In this document: positions 24,570 through 36,230 of the stretch, piece after piece
Layout: each line of letters opens with the position of its first letter
How positions within the stretch are numbered: the first letter of the stretch is position 1
NCBI RefSeq assembly: GCF_023055435.1
Contig: NW_025963902.1
Coordinates: forward strand, 2,667,815 to 2,731,814
Reading direction: 5' to 3'
From: Haliotis rufescens
Lineage: Eukaryota
DNA: 64,000 nt
Translations under genes and position numbers: made by a program
Notes under the pieces: model-generated
Seen by the model: the letters and a program-made list of their open reading frames with translations, nothing else
Told to the model about the DNA's origin: nothing
The model's database searches: none

Positions 24570-26190
24570 ACTGAGACACCAATAAGACACCAATCAGAAA
24601 TAAATAAGACACCACTTAGACAACACTGAGACACCAATAAGATACCAATCAGAAAAAAATAAGACCCCACTAATACACCACTGAGACACTAATAAGAAAA
24701 CCAATCAGAAATAAATAAGACACCACTAAGACAACACTGAGACACCAATAAGATACCAATCAGAAATAAATAAGACACCACTAAGACACCACTGAGACAC
24801 CAATAAGAGACCAATCAGAAATAAATAAGACACCACTAAGACACCACTGAGACACCAATAAGATACCAATCAGAAATAAATAAGACACCACTAATACACC
24901 ACTGATACACTAATGAGAAACCAATCAGAAATAAATAAGACACCACTAAGACACCACTGAGAAATCAATAAGATACCAATCAGAAATAAATAAGACACCA
25001 CTAAGACACCACTAAGCCACCAATAAGATACCAATCAGAAATAAATAAGGCACCACTAAGATACCACTGAGACACCAATCAGATATAAATAAGACACCAC
25101 TAATACACCACTGAGACACTAATAAGAAACCAATCAGAAATAAATAAGACACCACTAAGACAACACTGAGACACTAATAAGAAACCAATCAGAAATAAAT
25201 AAGACACCACTGAGACACCATTGAGACACCAATAAGATACCAATCAGAAATAAATAAGACACCACTAATACACCACTGAGACACTAATAAAAGCCAATCA
25301 GAAATAAATAAGACACCACTAAGACACCACTGAGACACCAATAAGAGACCAATCAGAAATAAATAAGACACCACTAATACACCACTGAGACACTAATAAG
25401 AAACCAATCAGAAATAAATAAGACACCACTAAGACACCACCGAGACACCAATAAGAAACCAATCAGAAATAAATAAGACACCACTGAGACACCAATAAGA
25501 TACCAATCAGAAATAAATAAGACACCACTAAGACACCAATAAGATACCAATCAGATCTAAATAAGACACCACTGAGACACCAATAAGATACCAATCAGAA
25601 ATAAATAAGACACCACTAAGAAACCACTGAGACACCAATAAGAAACCAATCAGAAATAAATAAGACACCACTGAGACACCAATAAGATACCAATCAGAAA
25701 TAAATAAGACACCACTGAGAAACCAATAAGAGACCAATAAGATACCAATCAGAAATAAATAAGGCACCACTAAGACACCAATAAGAAACCAATCAGAAAT
25801 AAATAAGACACCACTGAGACACCAATAAGATACCAATCAGAAATAAATAAGACACCACTGAGACACCAATAAGAGACCAATAAGATACCAATCAGAAATA
25901 AATAAGACACCACTGAGACACCAATAAGAGACCAATAAGATACCAATCAGAAATAAATAAGACACCACTAAGACACCAATAAGAAACCAATCAGAAATAA
26001 ATAAGACACCACTGAGACACCAATAAGAGACCAATAAGATACCAATCAGAAATAAATAAGACACCACTGAGACACCAAAAAGAGACCAATAAGATACCAA
26101 TCAGAAATAAATAAGACACCACTAAGACACCAATAGAACGCCAATAAGACACCGCAAGGAAATAAATAAGACACCACTAAGACACCAATA
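24570..26190. repeat. Minisatellite, roughly 55-bp unit (cagaaataaataagacaccactaagacaccactgagacaccaataagataccaat), about 30 copies
   Basis: Visible periodicity. Track ORFs 25189..26100(-) are read-through of the repeat. Confidence 0.7.
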
Positions 26191-26864
26191 AGAAGCATAG
26201 GTTTGTCAAAGCCAGCTAAATAGTGAATCCAGCATTGGTATATTTATTAGAATATGTAAATTTTACATATTTATGAATCTGATACATTTGTCGGAAAGAT
26301 TTACCTTTCGTGTAAAACTGTGGTCGTCTGGTTGAAGGATACAGTTATTCCTGAGCGGTGATGCAGTTTCTTGAATGTGATTACGTTAATACACGACTCA
26401 GACGTTTTATCACGGAACTGTAATGCTCGCCAGCAATAAGCCACGCCATTTATGAAGTATGAATACAGGTTATCAATACTATTTCTATACTGCTGTAACT
26501 TCCCTGTCACTGGAAATATGGACCGGAATATAAACAATGCCTTTTATTCGTAAATGTCAATTGTTTAAATCCTCTCCTTTATACGCATCATGTAACGTTC
26601 ACTGTAACACGTTGCTGAATAGCCTTGTTAGTACCGAGATGTTCTTTTCATCATATATTGTGTTTTTATTTCCTTCTTTTAATTTAGTAGCTTATGAGTG
26701 TTTCATGGTTTCATGTTTTTTCGTTTTGACAATGTCTGTCAGATTCATCACACATGCATTGAATCCCCATACATCCACGAAGACCCCTTCCAAACAGTGC
26801 ATGCTCTGAGACGATAATTTGGTTGTACATTTGTTGCATATACCATAATAAAACAGTGAGTACC

Positions 26865-27050
26865 CGTGAAGATCCGGGTTAGAATTGGTGTTCAACTTGT
26901 CGAAAGGAGCGACTACAGGCTCCCTGACTTGGTTGATACAGGTCATTGTATGCCAGTTGCATAGATCGATGCTCATGATGTCAATCACTGGAATTACAGA
27001 CCGCCATCATATAAATGGAATAATACTGAGTGCGGCGTTAACCAAGCAAC
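26865..27050 (+). mobile_element. SINE family C copy with internal deletions
   Basis: Head and tail-proximal parts match. The middle is shortened. Confidence 0.45.
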
Positions 27051-27214
27051 CTACAAATGTATATATATAACAATAATCGGGTGACCGGTCTCGGATTATG
27101 AAAATGCACACATAGGTCCACACAGTTACAGGAAGTGGGGTGAAATTGCGTTTAACGTTGCATTTATGATTAGTTCACTTATTTAGCGATGTTTTTCTGT
27201 GTTTATGTTGTTTA

Positions 27215-27417
27215 ACGCCGCAATCAGCAATCTTAATCTTGCAGCTATATGACGGTCGTCTGAAAATAATCGAGTCTGGACCAGACAATCCAGTTATTGG
27301 CACCATGAGCATCGACCCATGCAATTGGATACGATGACATGCATCAACTAAGTCAGCGAGCCCGACCAACCGATCCCGTTAGTCGCCTCTTTCGACAAGC
27401 ATGGGTTGCTGAAGACC
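27215..27417 (-). mobile_element. SINE family C copy
   Basis: Abuts a truncated SINE D at its 5' end. Confidence 0.5.
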
Positions 27418-27429
27418 TATGCACATGTG

Positions 27430-27499
<70 letters not shown>

Positions 27500-27802
27500 T
27501 GTGTGTCTGTGTGTGTGTGTCTGTGTGCCTGTGTGTCTGTGTCTGTGTCTGTGTCTACTAGTCCGGACTTATAAAGGTTTTATAGTTCTAGCTCATTGTG
27601 ATACGTTACCGCAGTTTAACATGGATCCCCAACTCAGACACATATTTTGATTCCGAGAAGGCCAGTCCGTGTTGAATGTCATTAATGTCGAGCGCCAGGC
27701 TACAACTAGTAGCATTAACGTGTGTTTGGTATGACGCGGACGGGATCGAACCACGGACCTTCCACTCTCCGGGCAGACACTCTATGCATTAGACCACGGA
27801 GG
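27418..27802 (-). mobile_element. SINE family D copy (3'-truncated) with its internal (AC)n expanded into a (GT)n/(GTAT)n microsatellite
   Basis: Head rc at 27700..27802 and body 27550..27700 match family D. 27428..27560 is a GT-rich microsatellite at the position of the SINE-internal (AC)n. Confidence 0.5.
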
Positions 27803-29264
27803 CGGCCTCAAGCATGTATAGACGAGTACATACATGTACGTGACATTTCCCTATGATGTGATTAGAATCGATCAATCAACACTGATTTTAGTAGAGATTA
27901 TTATGGGAGGAGTCTTACCACTTTTAATTATACATATTAATACTTTTAGACCTCCGTGTACCCACACTGTCATGATACACTTATAGTGTTCTCTAAAGTA
28001 GGTTTGACGTTTTAATCCCTATTCTGAAACGTGCGGCCCCTATTGCCAGTACATGACATGTCACAGACGAGTGGGTCATGTGCTTTGACGCACTGCACAG
28101 TTCAGAGACCCTCGAGCTACATGTTCTGTTTGTGATTGATGTTGAGAATGACGACGTGTTCTAATCAATCACGATCGAAAACAGGTACTACTGATACTAC
28201 TGAACGAATGGAGCGACGTGTTGTCTATGGGCGACAGAAGTTCTTTTGTAATTCCCATGCATGACATGGTCAGAATAACTGAAGTAGCTTTTAGCAGCTC
28301 ACCATTAAAAGTACATGCATATTACACGTGTTGGCATATTAACTACTATGAATTATGAACAGTTTTCGCGAACACCGGGCATCATCACTATTTGATAATG
28401 ATTTATTAACAAATGCTTATGATAAAGTCAAATCGTACAATGGACTTTGCTTTTAGTAGAGATTTCTTATGATGATGGGATTTTGTGTGCCGCTTATTTA
28501 TACAATATGTATATTGAAGGTTTTTCTGCGAGCGCCTGACAAAGTGTTTTGGTCTGTGTGAGAGAAATGCCTTAGATTCCAACAAAATGTATCTTTTTAA
28601 CTTGGCTGATCCAAATCTCCACAGTGTATTTACATTCGAACATAAATTGTGAGGTGATTTAGTCATGAGGCTTTCACATATGTTTACAACAAAAGTACAA
28701 AATCTTGCTGGTGCATCAGTCAAGCACGTCCATCCACTTTTATGTGGTTATTAGTCACTGTGTAATTATTGAAATGCATTTCACCCCATGATCTAGTTTG
28801 TTTTAATTTATATCTGAGATGTTTCAGTACTATTCGTACAGTTGCGAGATTTAATGTTTCACTCACTTACTTCATATTACTATATACAGACAATAAATAC
28901 ATGGTGGACCTATCAATTTGAAAAGATAATGTCCTTTCTTTATTAAACAAATATCCACCATTTCCTTGCTTTGGATAAAACATTTCGACGAAGCACTTGT
29001 AAACTTGTAGCATTATGAATTAATTTAACAAGTGAGAAGAAATCATTGCCATTGCTCAAAGCATATGGGACAATTTATGTGAGACATGATGACAGATTTA
29101 ACTGCGCCTGCGTCACAGCATATCCTCGTAATAATCACTCATGGAGAAAACGAGGTTGACAAACACACATTGTGACGTCAAGAGTGCCTTTGACCAATCT
29201 GTGTCAGTTCCGGCCAGACTTAATGACATAACTGCCCTCTGGTCATCGCAACAAACGCCATTGT

Positions 29265-29284
29265 CCAATCCGGGCGCTATAAAT
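29265..29284 (+). promoter_or_regulatory. CCAAT box plus TATA box (ctataaat) about 40 bp upstream of the gene-1 start codon
   Basis: tgtccaatccgggcgctataaatg lies immediately upstream of the ATG at about 29325. Spacing is consistent with a core RNA polymerase II promoter. Confidence 0.4.
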
Positions 29285-29324
29285 GTTCAAGGCAGGTTCA
29301 GTCGTGACTTCATCTCACACAACC

Positions 29325-29405
29325 ATGAGGGTGACGGCAACACTGGCAGTCATGTTGGGGCTTGTGTTATGCAGCTGTATGGTTCAAGGTCAAACTCGGC
29401 AACAG
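29325..29405 (+). CDS. Gene 1 (N-glycosylated secreted protein with internal repeat), exon 1: signal peptide
   Basis: ATG in an acc atg a context. Encodes MRVTATLAVMLGLVLCSCMVQGQTRQQ, a hydrophobic signal peptide, then donor cag|gtaaag, phase 0. Position taken from the frame of track ORF 29283..29525. Confidence 0.5.
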
Positions 29406-30261
29406 GTAAAGATCTTTATGTTTTCAATAATTCGTCTTATGATTTTCCAATCCTTTATCTCGGAAATTACTCTTAGGAGTTCTCATTTTTTGAAACCTTG
29501 GAATGGGGATGTTTCAACAAGATAATTTTGCGCCAAATAAAGTAATTGTAAATCTCTACACACAAACATGCAGCCATTAAGGGGAGGAATAATACACCAT
29601 CAGTACATTGCCGCGATATCGCTTCACTGCTGCTGACTGAGGCGACAAACAACAACACAACATATAAAAGGGTAGCGGAGTTTCCGAAGGACGATTGTGG
29701 CCTGATCTTAAAGTATCTCACCTAAAACATGAATGTCGAATTGTGATTGGCTTAGGCCCATTCTGTTGTTTTCAATGTACCCCAATAACACGTAAGGTGC
29801 ATTTCTTATATTTCCCGCTCGGATTGCCGAACTGTGGTAACATACCAACCGCATTTGTATCTCGAACTGAGGATGTATTTACGAAATTTTAGAAATGAAA
29901 TTATTAAATAAGTTTCTTTATTGCCATTGCTAATTTTCCAAAATGTTTAATTCTTACCGACTGAGATCATGGCATGCATACATAAGACATATATTAGGTG
30001 TGCAGTTAGAAAACTTCTTGGTCCTCTGGTTCCCCCGGTGACACAGGTTAATGTACCCTCAGTGTTAATTTAAGTTACTGGTGGACAACTTATAATATAT
30101 GCCATTGGAATCATCTAGTCTAATGTAACTGTTGACACGATGCCCGGACATTTCTATTTTCACCACAAAGCATCCGTTGCAATGATGCTAATGTTAACAT
30201 TGTAGATAAACATTTCACTAAAACATACAGCATTCAAAATTGAGTTGATTGTGTATTTCAG

Positions 30262-30438
30262 CGTCGCCGAGCAAAAGTTTTAAGAAGTAGATGGTCACGT
30301 GACATCGATACAAACGTAACCGTAAAGGAAGCGGCAGCCATTTTGAAGTCCAAAGAGAGAATATTTTTCCGATCCTCTGACAGACGGCTGACAGCTTTGA
30401 ACATCACACGATCCTACTCCTACATCGACTACAGCAGC
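30262..30438 (+). CDS. Gene 1 exon 2 (polybasic plus N-glycosylation sites)
   Basis: Acceptor tgattgtgtatttcag|c and donor cagc|gtgagt. 177 nt, phase 0-0, no stop. Encodes RRRAKVLRSRWSRDIDTNVTVKEAAAILKSKERIFFRSSDRRLTALNITRSYSYIDYSS. Not in the ORF track because it has no Met. Confidence 0.4.
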
Positions 30439-30469
30439 GTGAGTATATACACATCCTTATTTGGAAATA

Positions 30470-31200
30470 ACTGATCATACTCTGATTTATCACGAGTTAT
30501 ATCACGGAACGTGAGCTTGATGTGAACATATCACGGCGCGTCAGCTTCATGTGAACAGTATTTCAGTTATACCACGGCACGTCAGCTTGACGTGTGATGT
30601 GAACAGTATTTCAGTTAGCTTTCACGTCAGCTTGATGTGTGGTGTAAACAGTATTTCAGTTATACCACGGCACGGCACGTCAGTTTGACGGGTGATGTGA
30701 ACAGCATTTCAGTTATACCACGGCACGTCAGCTTGACGTGTGATGTGAACAGTATTTCAGTTATATTACGGCACGTCAGCTTGACATGTGATGTGAACAG
30801 TATTTCAGTTATATTACGGCACGTCAGCTTGACGTGTGGTGTAAACAGTATTTCAGTTATATTACGGCACGTCAGCTTGACGTGTGATGTGAACAGCATT
30901 TCAGTTATATTACGGCACGTCAGCTTGACGTGTGATGTGAACAGCATTTCAGTTATATTACGGCACGTCAGCTTGACGTGTGATGTGAACAGCATTTCAG
31001 TTATATTACGGCACGTCAGCTTGATGTATGATGTGAACAGTATTTCAGTTATATTACGGCACGTCAGCTTGATGTGTGGTGTGAACAGTATTTCAGTTAT
31101 ATCACGGCATGTGAGTTTGCTGTGAACAATATTTCAGCTATATTACGGCACGTCAGTTTGACGTGTGATGTGAACAGTATTTCATTTATATCACAGTGCG
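30470..31200. repeat. Minisatellite, 48-bp unit, about 14 copies, each unit containing the inverted repeat cacgtca-gct-tgacgtg
   Basis: ORFs 30637..31125(+) and 30660..30995(-) show 16-aa periodic peptides. Lies in gene 1 intron 2 immediately after exon 2. Confidence 0.7.
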
Positions 31201-31299
31201 TCAGCTTGATGTGAAATTTTGACCTCTCTTTAGTCTGTACAAAGTTAGATCCTTACAATAACGGACACTACAGTATCCCAATCGGTACAACGCTTGTTC

Positions 31300-31705
31300 C
31301 GAACGATAAATAGCTCGATTTATCATCCAAAACTGGCTCCTACAGGAGATAACGCTTGGATGAGATCGAATGAAATTACATCACAATGCTTTGCAGACCA
31401 TTGTGACATCACTGGTTACCATGACGTCACAATCAAATGACATCACTAATGGCTCAGCTACTGAAGCTGTTTGCAGTACTTTTCACACTGAAAACACTGC
31501 TAATTACTATCTACAAAATGAAAAAGTTGAAAGAATGATGTTGGATGATACATAAAATCTCACCCGAGTGTCTTTTGATATCAGATATATCAACACTCGT
31601 TGATAAAAGTGGCAAATATCCTCGGCAAGCCTCGGCATTTTTCCACTTTTATCAACTCGTGTTGATATATTTGATATCAAAAGACACTCGGGTGAGATTC
31701 TCTAT
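31300..31705 (+). mobile_element. Same hairpin-ended repeat family, copy 2
   Basis: Near-identical nucleotide sequence to copy 1 (ORF 31370..31555) plus a complete hairpin at 31555..31700. Confidence 0.45.
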
Positions 31706-34344
31706 ATATTTGCGATGTTACCAATGATTTCGGCTTACCGATCTTCAAGTACTTTGCCCTCTACCAACACCCGAATAATTCAAAGGGCTACAATATCCAC
31801 CACCAGTGAGCCATATTTAAAACAGTAACATTATGCGAAGCTAAAACAAAAATCTCTTTCTGTTCCCAAGTCATGACACTGAGTTTCGTAATATTAACTG
31901 CATATAAGTATTCTCTACATGTTTTTACTTCCCTCTATCACGACTGTCTGTTTATGTTTCATTTGCTCGTTACTACACAGGTCCTCGTAATACCCATTAG
32001 GACAGAACAAGGGCTGTTACGACGTAAATTGTAATAAAAAGGTAAATTGTAATACTTGCAGCAAATTGTAATAATTTTGACGTAAATTGTAATAACAACG
32101 TAAATTGTAATAAAATTTGACGTAAATTGTAATACGCAAATTGTAATAAAAATTGACATAAATTGTAATAATCTCAACTTGCGGTAAAATGTAATAACTT
32201 TTTACGTAAATTGTTATAACCTTATAAGTTTAGTGTCAAAGGCATTAAAAGACTAGAACCTATCCTTGTCAGGGTTGGTACAGGGTTTATCGTACAATCG
32301 TCATTAAAGTATGGGTTTTGGGGAGGATTGAGGTCGTTATCGTACATTGTTGTATAATTATATGTATATATAAACGCATTGGAATTTCATTTCTATGGTT
32401 GCCCAGAAGAGGATTAATTACTAGAATGAACTTAGTTTTCTTATTTATTTGAGAAATACTCCTTGTGTTTTGTACTTAATTGTAATTTATATATCCTATT
32501 GACGATTTTCATCATAATTGTTCATATTTAACCTAATGGAATCATATTTCAATTGGTAAAGTAGGTAGTAATATACACAATGGAATAATTATAACGTAAC
32601 AAACTTACACAACTATATTGATGTATGAATGTGGAAAGTCTGACTTTTACTGACTGAAGCAAATTTATTTATTTTGCAACTGTATGTTTGTACAGATTTT
32701 ATGCGGAGAGGGGTTTACTAAGTTGCAAGAACTTGTCCCCATTACAATTCTGATTTTGTGAATAAAATATGTTTAAACTAAACTAAACTAGCAAATGGAT
32801 GGCATGTCATTCTGCAGTAGTCTGTGTGCAAGCTGATTTATACATGTTCATATACATAATATCAATTTATTATTATTCAAGTTTCAATTTTTTTAACGTT
32901 GCTCGGAGGATGTAAAGCAAATAATGACAATGTCCTGGGCGATGTACATGTAGATATGTGAACCCGCAAGGACTACCTTTATCAATTATTTTACGTGCAG
33001 CTTGTGTCATGTCTGTATTGTTAGAATGATACTCTAGCAACTGTACACATCGAAATTTATGACTGAAAGATCCACCCTCGGGTTAAAAATGATGGATTCG
33101 ATAGGTAGGTCTATTCGACAAATAGGTTAATTGTTTTATCATCCAATACTAGCTTAGCTAGGAGTCCATTGCAATAACGTTGAGTGACGAGTTACCGAAG
33201 AGAGCTCTGTGCAACCGGACCCTGAAATTATGTCGATTTGCATTGGAGGTTTACTTAATTTGATAAGGAGCACATGACCGTTTCCTTGAAACAAACGAGA
33301 CAATTCAATCGTATTTATACATTATATTTTGACGAAGAATTCAAATTTCAACAAATGAGTGTCAGATCTCCTGTGCAATGTCAAAGGAAAAAACCAGTCG
33401 TCAGCAAATGCAGCATAGATTTCCCATGCATGGGAAAGGAGAATACTGAATACATAAAATTATATACAATGTTTTTATTAATATCAAAAGAGGGGCGTGG
33501 ATATTCTTTACCTACATTGCATATACTATTAGATATTGAGTACTCTCGATCTCTGTGAACTTCTCACAGATAAAGAAATAATAATAAATAAATGCAAACC
33601 ATGTTAACTTATGCAATATTTGTAGCAATGTATGATTAACATATGGATCATTAATATAACATAAAATATTTCCTTTCATAGGAAGAAGTATATTTAATGA
33701 AATAAATGAATAAATGTAACTGTCTGGATTCCTTTCACATGTCATGAAGAACTAACAACAACTTACTGACAACTTTTGCTGGGATAAAAACTCCTTGCCC
33801 CAACAAGAAAAACAGAATCCATCATGATAACGGCACGAAATCATAATTCAAAGCATACACAAATAATATCCGGTATCTTCGGGCATGTCTTGTTGAGTTT
33901 CAAAGAGCATCAGAATGTATAATTAATTTGTTGCAATCAATTATTGCTGAAATATATCTATTTTGATCAAAATTGAAAGGATGGAAAATCTATAATGCAA
34001 AGGGTTTTGTCACTAACGTAAATATTCTCTTTGACCTTATACGAAGAGTATTCTAAGATCATTAAACTCGGCAATCGTTGGTGGATTGCGCAAAGCAACC
34101 TTGATACCAAATTTGGTACCTCACGTATAATGCGGTACATAATTTTCATAATTTTTCATAAGTTATCACTAATTTGTGACATATAGACGGACAAAAATTA
34201 CCTCAGAGGATAATCTTCTCTGGGGGTTTAAGAGGATTAAAATAATTCCAGCTAACATCAAGCACTGTAATAAAATATTGAAATTATGGCATACCTTCTT
34301 AACAATGCAATGAAAAGAATAGTGACTAGCTAAGAAACCAAATT

Positions 34345-34456
34345 ATATGTATGTGTGTATGTATGTATGTATGTATGTATGTATGTATGTATGTATGTAT
34401 GTATGTATGTATGTATGTATGTATGTATGTATGTATGTATGTATGTATGTATGTAT
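34345..34456. repeat. (ATGT)n microsatellite, 5' flank of hAT copy 1
   Basis: About 27 units. Continues at 36117..36230 on the other side of the hAT insertion. Confidence 0.8.
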
Positions 34457-36116
34457 TAGTGGTGTAACGATACGGCGATACAGTATTGTATCCCGATGCA
34501 CAGCCCACGATACGATGCATCGATTTGGAAAGCATGTATCGCGATACATACGATATTTTCATAACAGCAGTTATACCTACCGTATTTTCTTGAGTATAGT
34601 GCGCACTTTTTTCCTAAAAACACAGCTGTGTAGAAGGGGTTGCTCATTGTACACGAATTAATGAGTTTTGATGTTTTTCCCCCATGGAAAGACATTACCG
34701 TGAGCACGTAACCCCGGAAATACCATGTCAACAAATCCATACTGAAGTTCGCAAATTATTCATGTAATTACACTGTCTGGCTATAAAAAAAGTGTTCTTT
34801 GAATATCTGGACTCATGTTTGTAACTTATTTCATTAATTTTATTCAAAATTCCTTTTAATATTGTTATAATTAATTTCGGCGAAATCGTGTGTGAAGCGA
34901 TCGGAAGATCGCACAACTCACCGTTATTAACAGCAACCCCCGGTCAGATTACCGCTATTGACGCCTTGAAAGGAATTTTAGTTGACAGAGAATGGATACA
35001 TATATCATAAATGCCATACTTTGATTCGTCAAAAGTCAGATTTGTTTTTGTTGGACGATTATATGTCAACACATAATTCTCGCGATCACGCGATCACGTG
35101 CACGGGAGCCTTGACGGTGTCTGGTCAGACTGGTTCCATGTAAAAAATAATACCCGGCAATAGCGATCAGCTGCTTCGCTTAGGGTTATTATTATTTTAA
35201 ATATGTTTAGTAAAAGCTGCATCTAAATTAACAATATATTGGAATATATTATTCCTGATAAAAAAATAGTTTTAGATACAACTTTTGCCGATCCTTGCAT
35301 TAAAATACTGAAAAGTTCTATCATTGGGTGTGTCTTGCCCGAATCACCGGTAGATTCCAAGAAAACGTGTGTACATGTACAGCTGATTGCTGTGTCCGGC
35401 TTAGTTTACGAGAAAATACACAAGGTAATCTTAATCCCTGGATATAAAACAATGCCTAGCTGAACAAAAAATACAATTTAAACGGTAAATCAACATGTCT
35501 GGTGATTTTTTATCTCAAATTTCGAATTTGTACTAACGAAGTTTCTCATCACCCGTTCGTTTGCCGGACTTCGCTGAAGGGGTACGGTGTAATTTTTTTC
35601 TGCGCATAATATTCATATTTCTTTTTTTCCAAAATATTGAACCCGCTAGAGGGGCGTGCGCATTATACATCGGTGCGCACTATACTCAAGAAAATAGATG
35701 AAATACATGGGCGGATACAGCTTTTTTGAAAAGGGGGGGTGCACAATTAAGATCTATTTATTATTGTCTTTGGTGGTAATTTATACAGAAATAAAGATTT
35801 TTTTCTAAATAAAAAGGTGTGTGTGTGTTGGGGTGGGTGGGGGTGGGGTGTGTGTGCGCCCATGAAATACTTTAACAGTTTCAAAGCCAGTTTGTTGTTT
35901 CAGTAAAACATACTGTATTGCTGACAATTTACTATAACAGTAAATAAACACCTTATATCTTCTTCAACTGTACTTGTCACATATTTTAGATAGCAGAAAG
36001 ACAGCAACTTGGCTTAGCTTGTACCAGTAAACACTGTATCGTGATACGTATCGTATCGCGACCCCTGTATCGGGATACGTATCGTATCGCGACCCTCCCG
36101 TATCGTTACACCTCTA
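34457..36116 (+). mobile_element. Nonautonomous hAT-like DNA transposon, copy 1 (1660 bp)
   Basis: 19-bp TIRs TAGTGGTGTAACGATACGG ... CCGTATCGTTACACCTCTA. Subterminal GATACG-type repeats. Perfect 8-bp TSD gtatgtat. Inserted in an (ATGT)n microsatellite. No long ORF. Near-identical to copy 2. Confidence 0.7.
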
Positions 36117-36230
36117 GTATGTATGTATGTATGTATGTATGTATGTATGTATGTATGTATGTATGTATGTATGTATGTATGTATGTATGTATGTATGTAT
36201 GTATGTGTGTATGTATGTATGTATGTATGC
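36117..36230. repeat. (GTAT)n microsatellite, 3' flank of hAT copy 1
   Basis: About 27 units. Confidence 0.8.

Noticed and set aside
25189-26100. Several minus-strand ORFs (VSYWCLSGVLFISDW...)
   Set aside because: Read-through of the roughly 55-bp minisatellite.
24570-26190. Possible CRISPR-like repeat-spacer array
   Set aside because: This is eukaryotic DNA. The repeats are contiguous with no unique spacers. It is a minisatellite.
30637-31125. 162-aa plus-strand and 111-aa minus-strand ORFs
   Set aside because: Read-through of the 48-bp minisatellite. 16-aa periodic peptide.
34347-34661. ORFs MYVCMYVC... / HTYIHTYI...
   Set aside because: Translation of the (ATGT)n microsatellite and the start of the hAT element.
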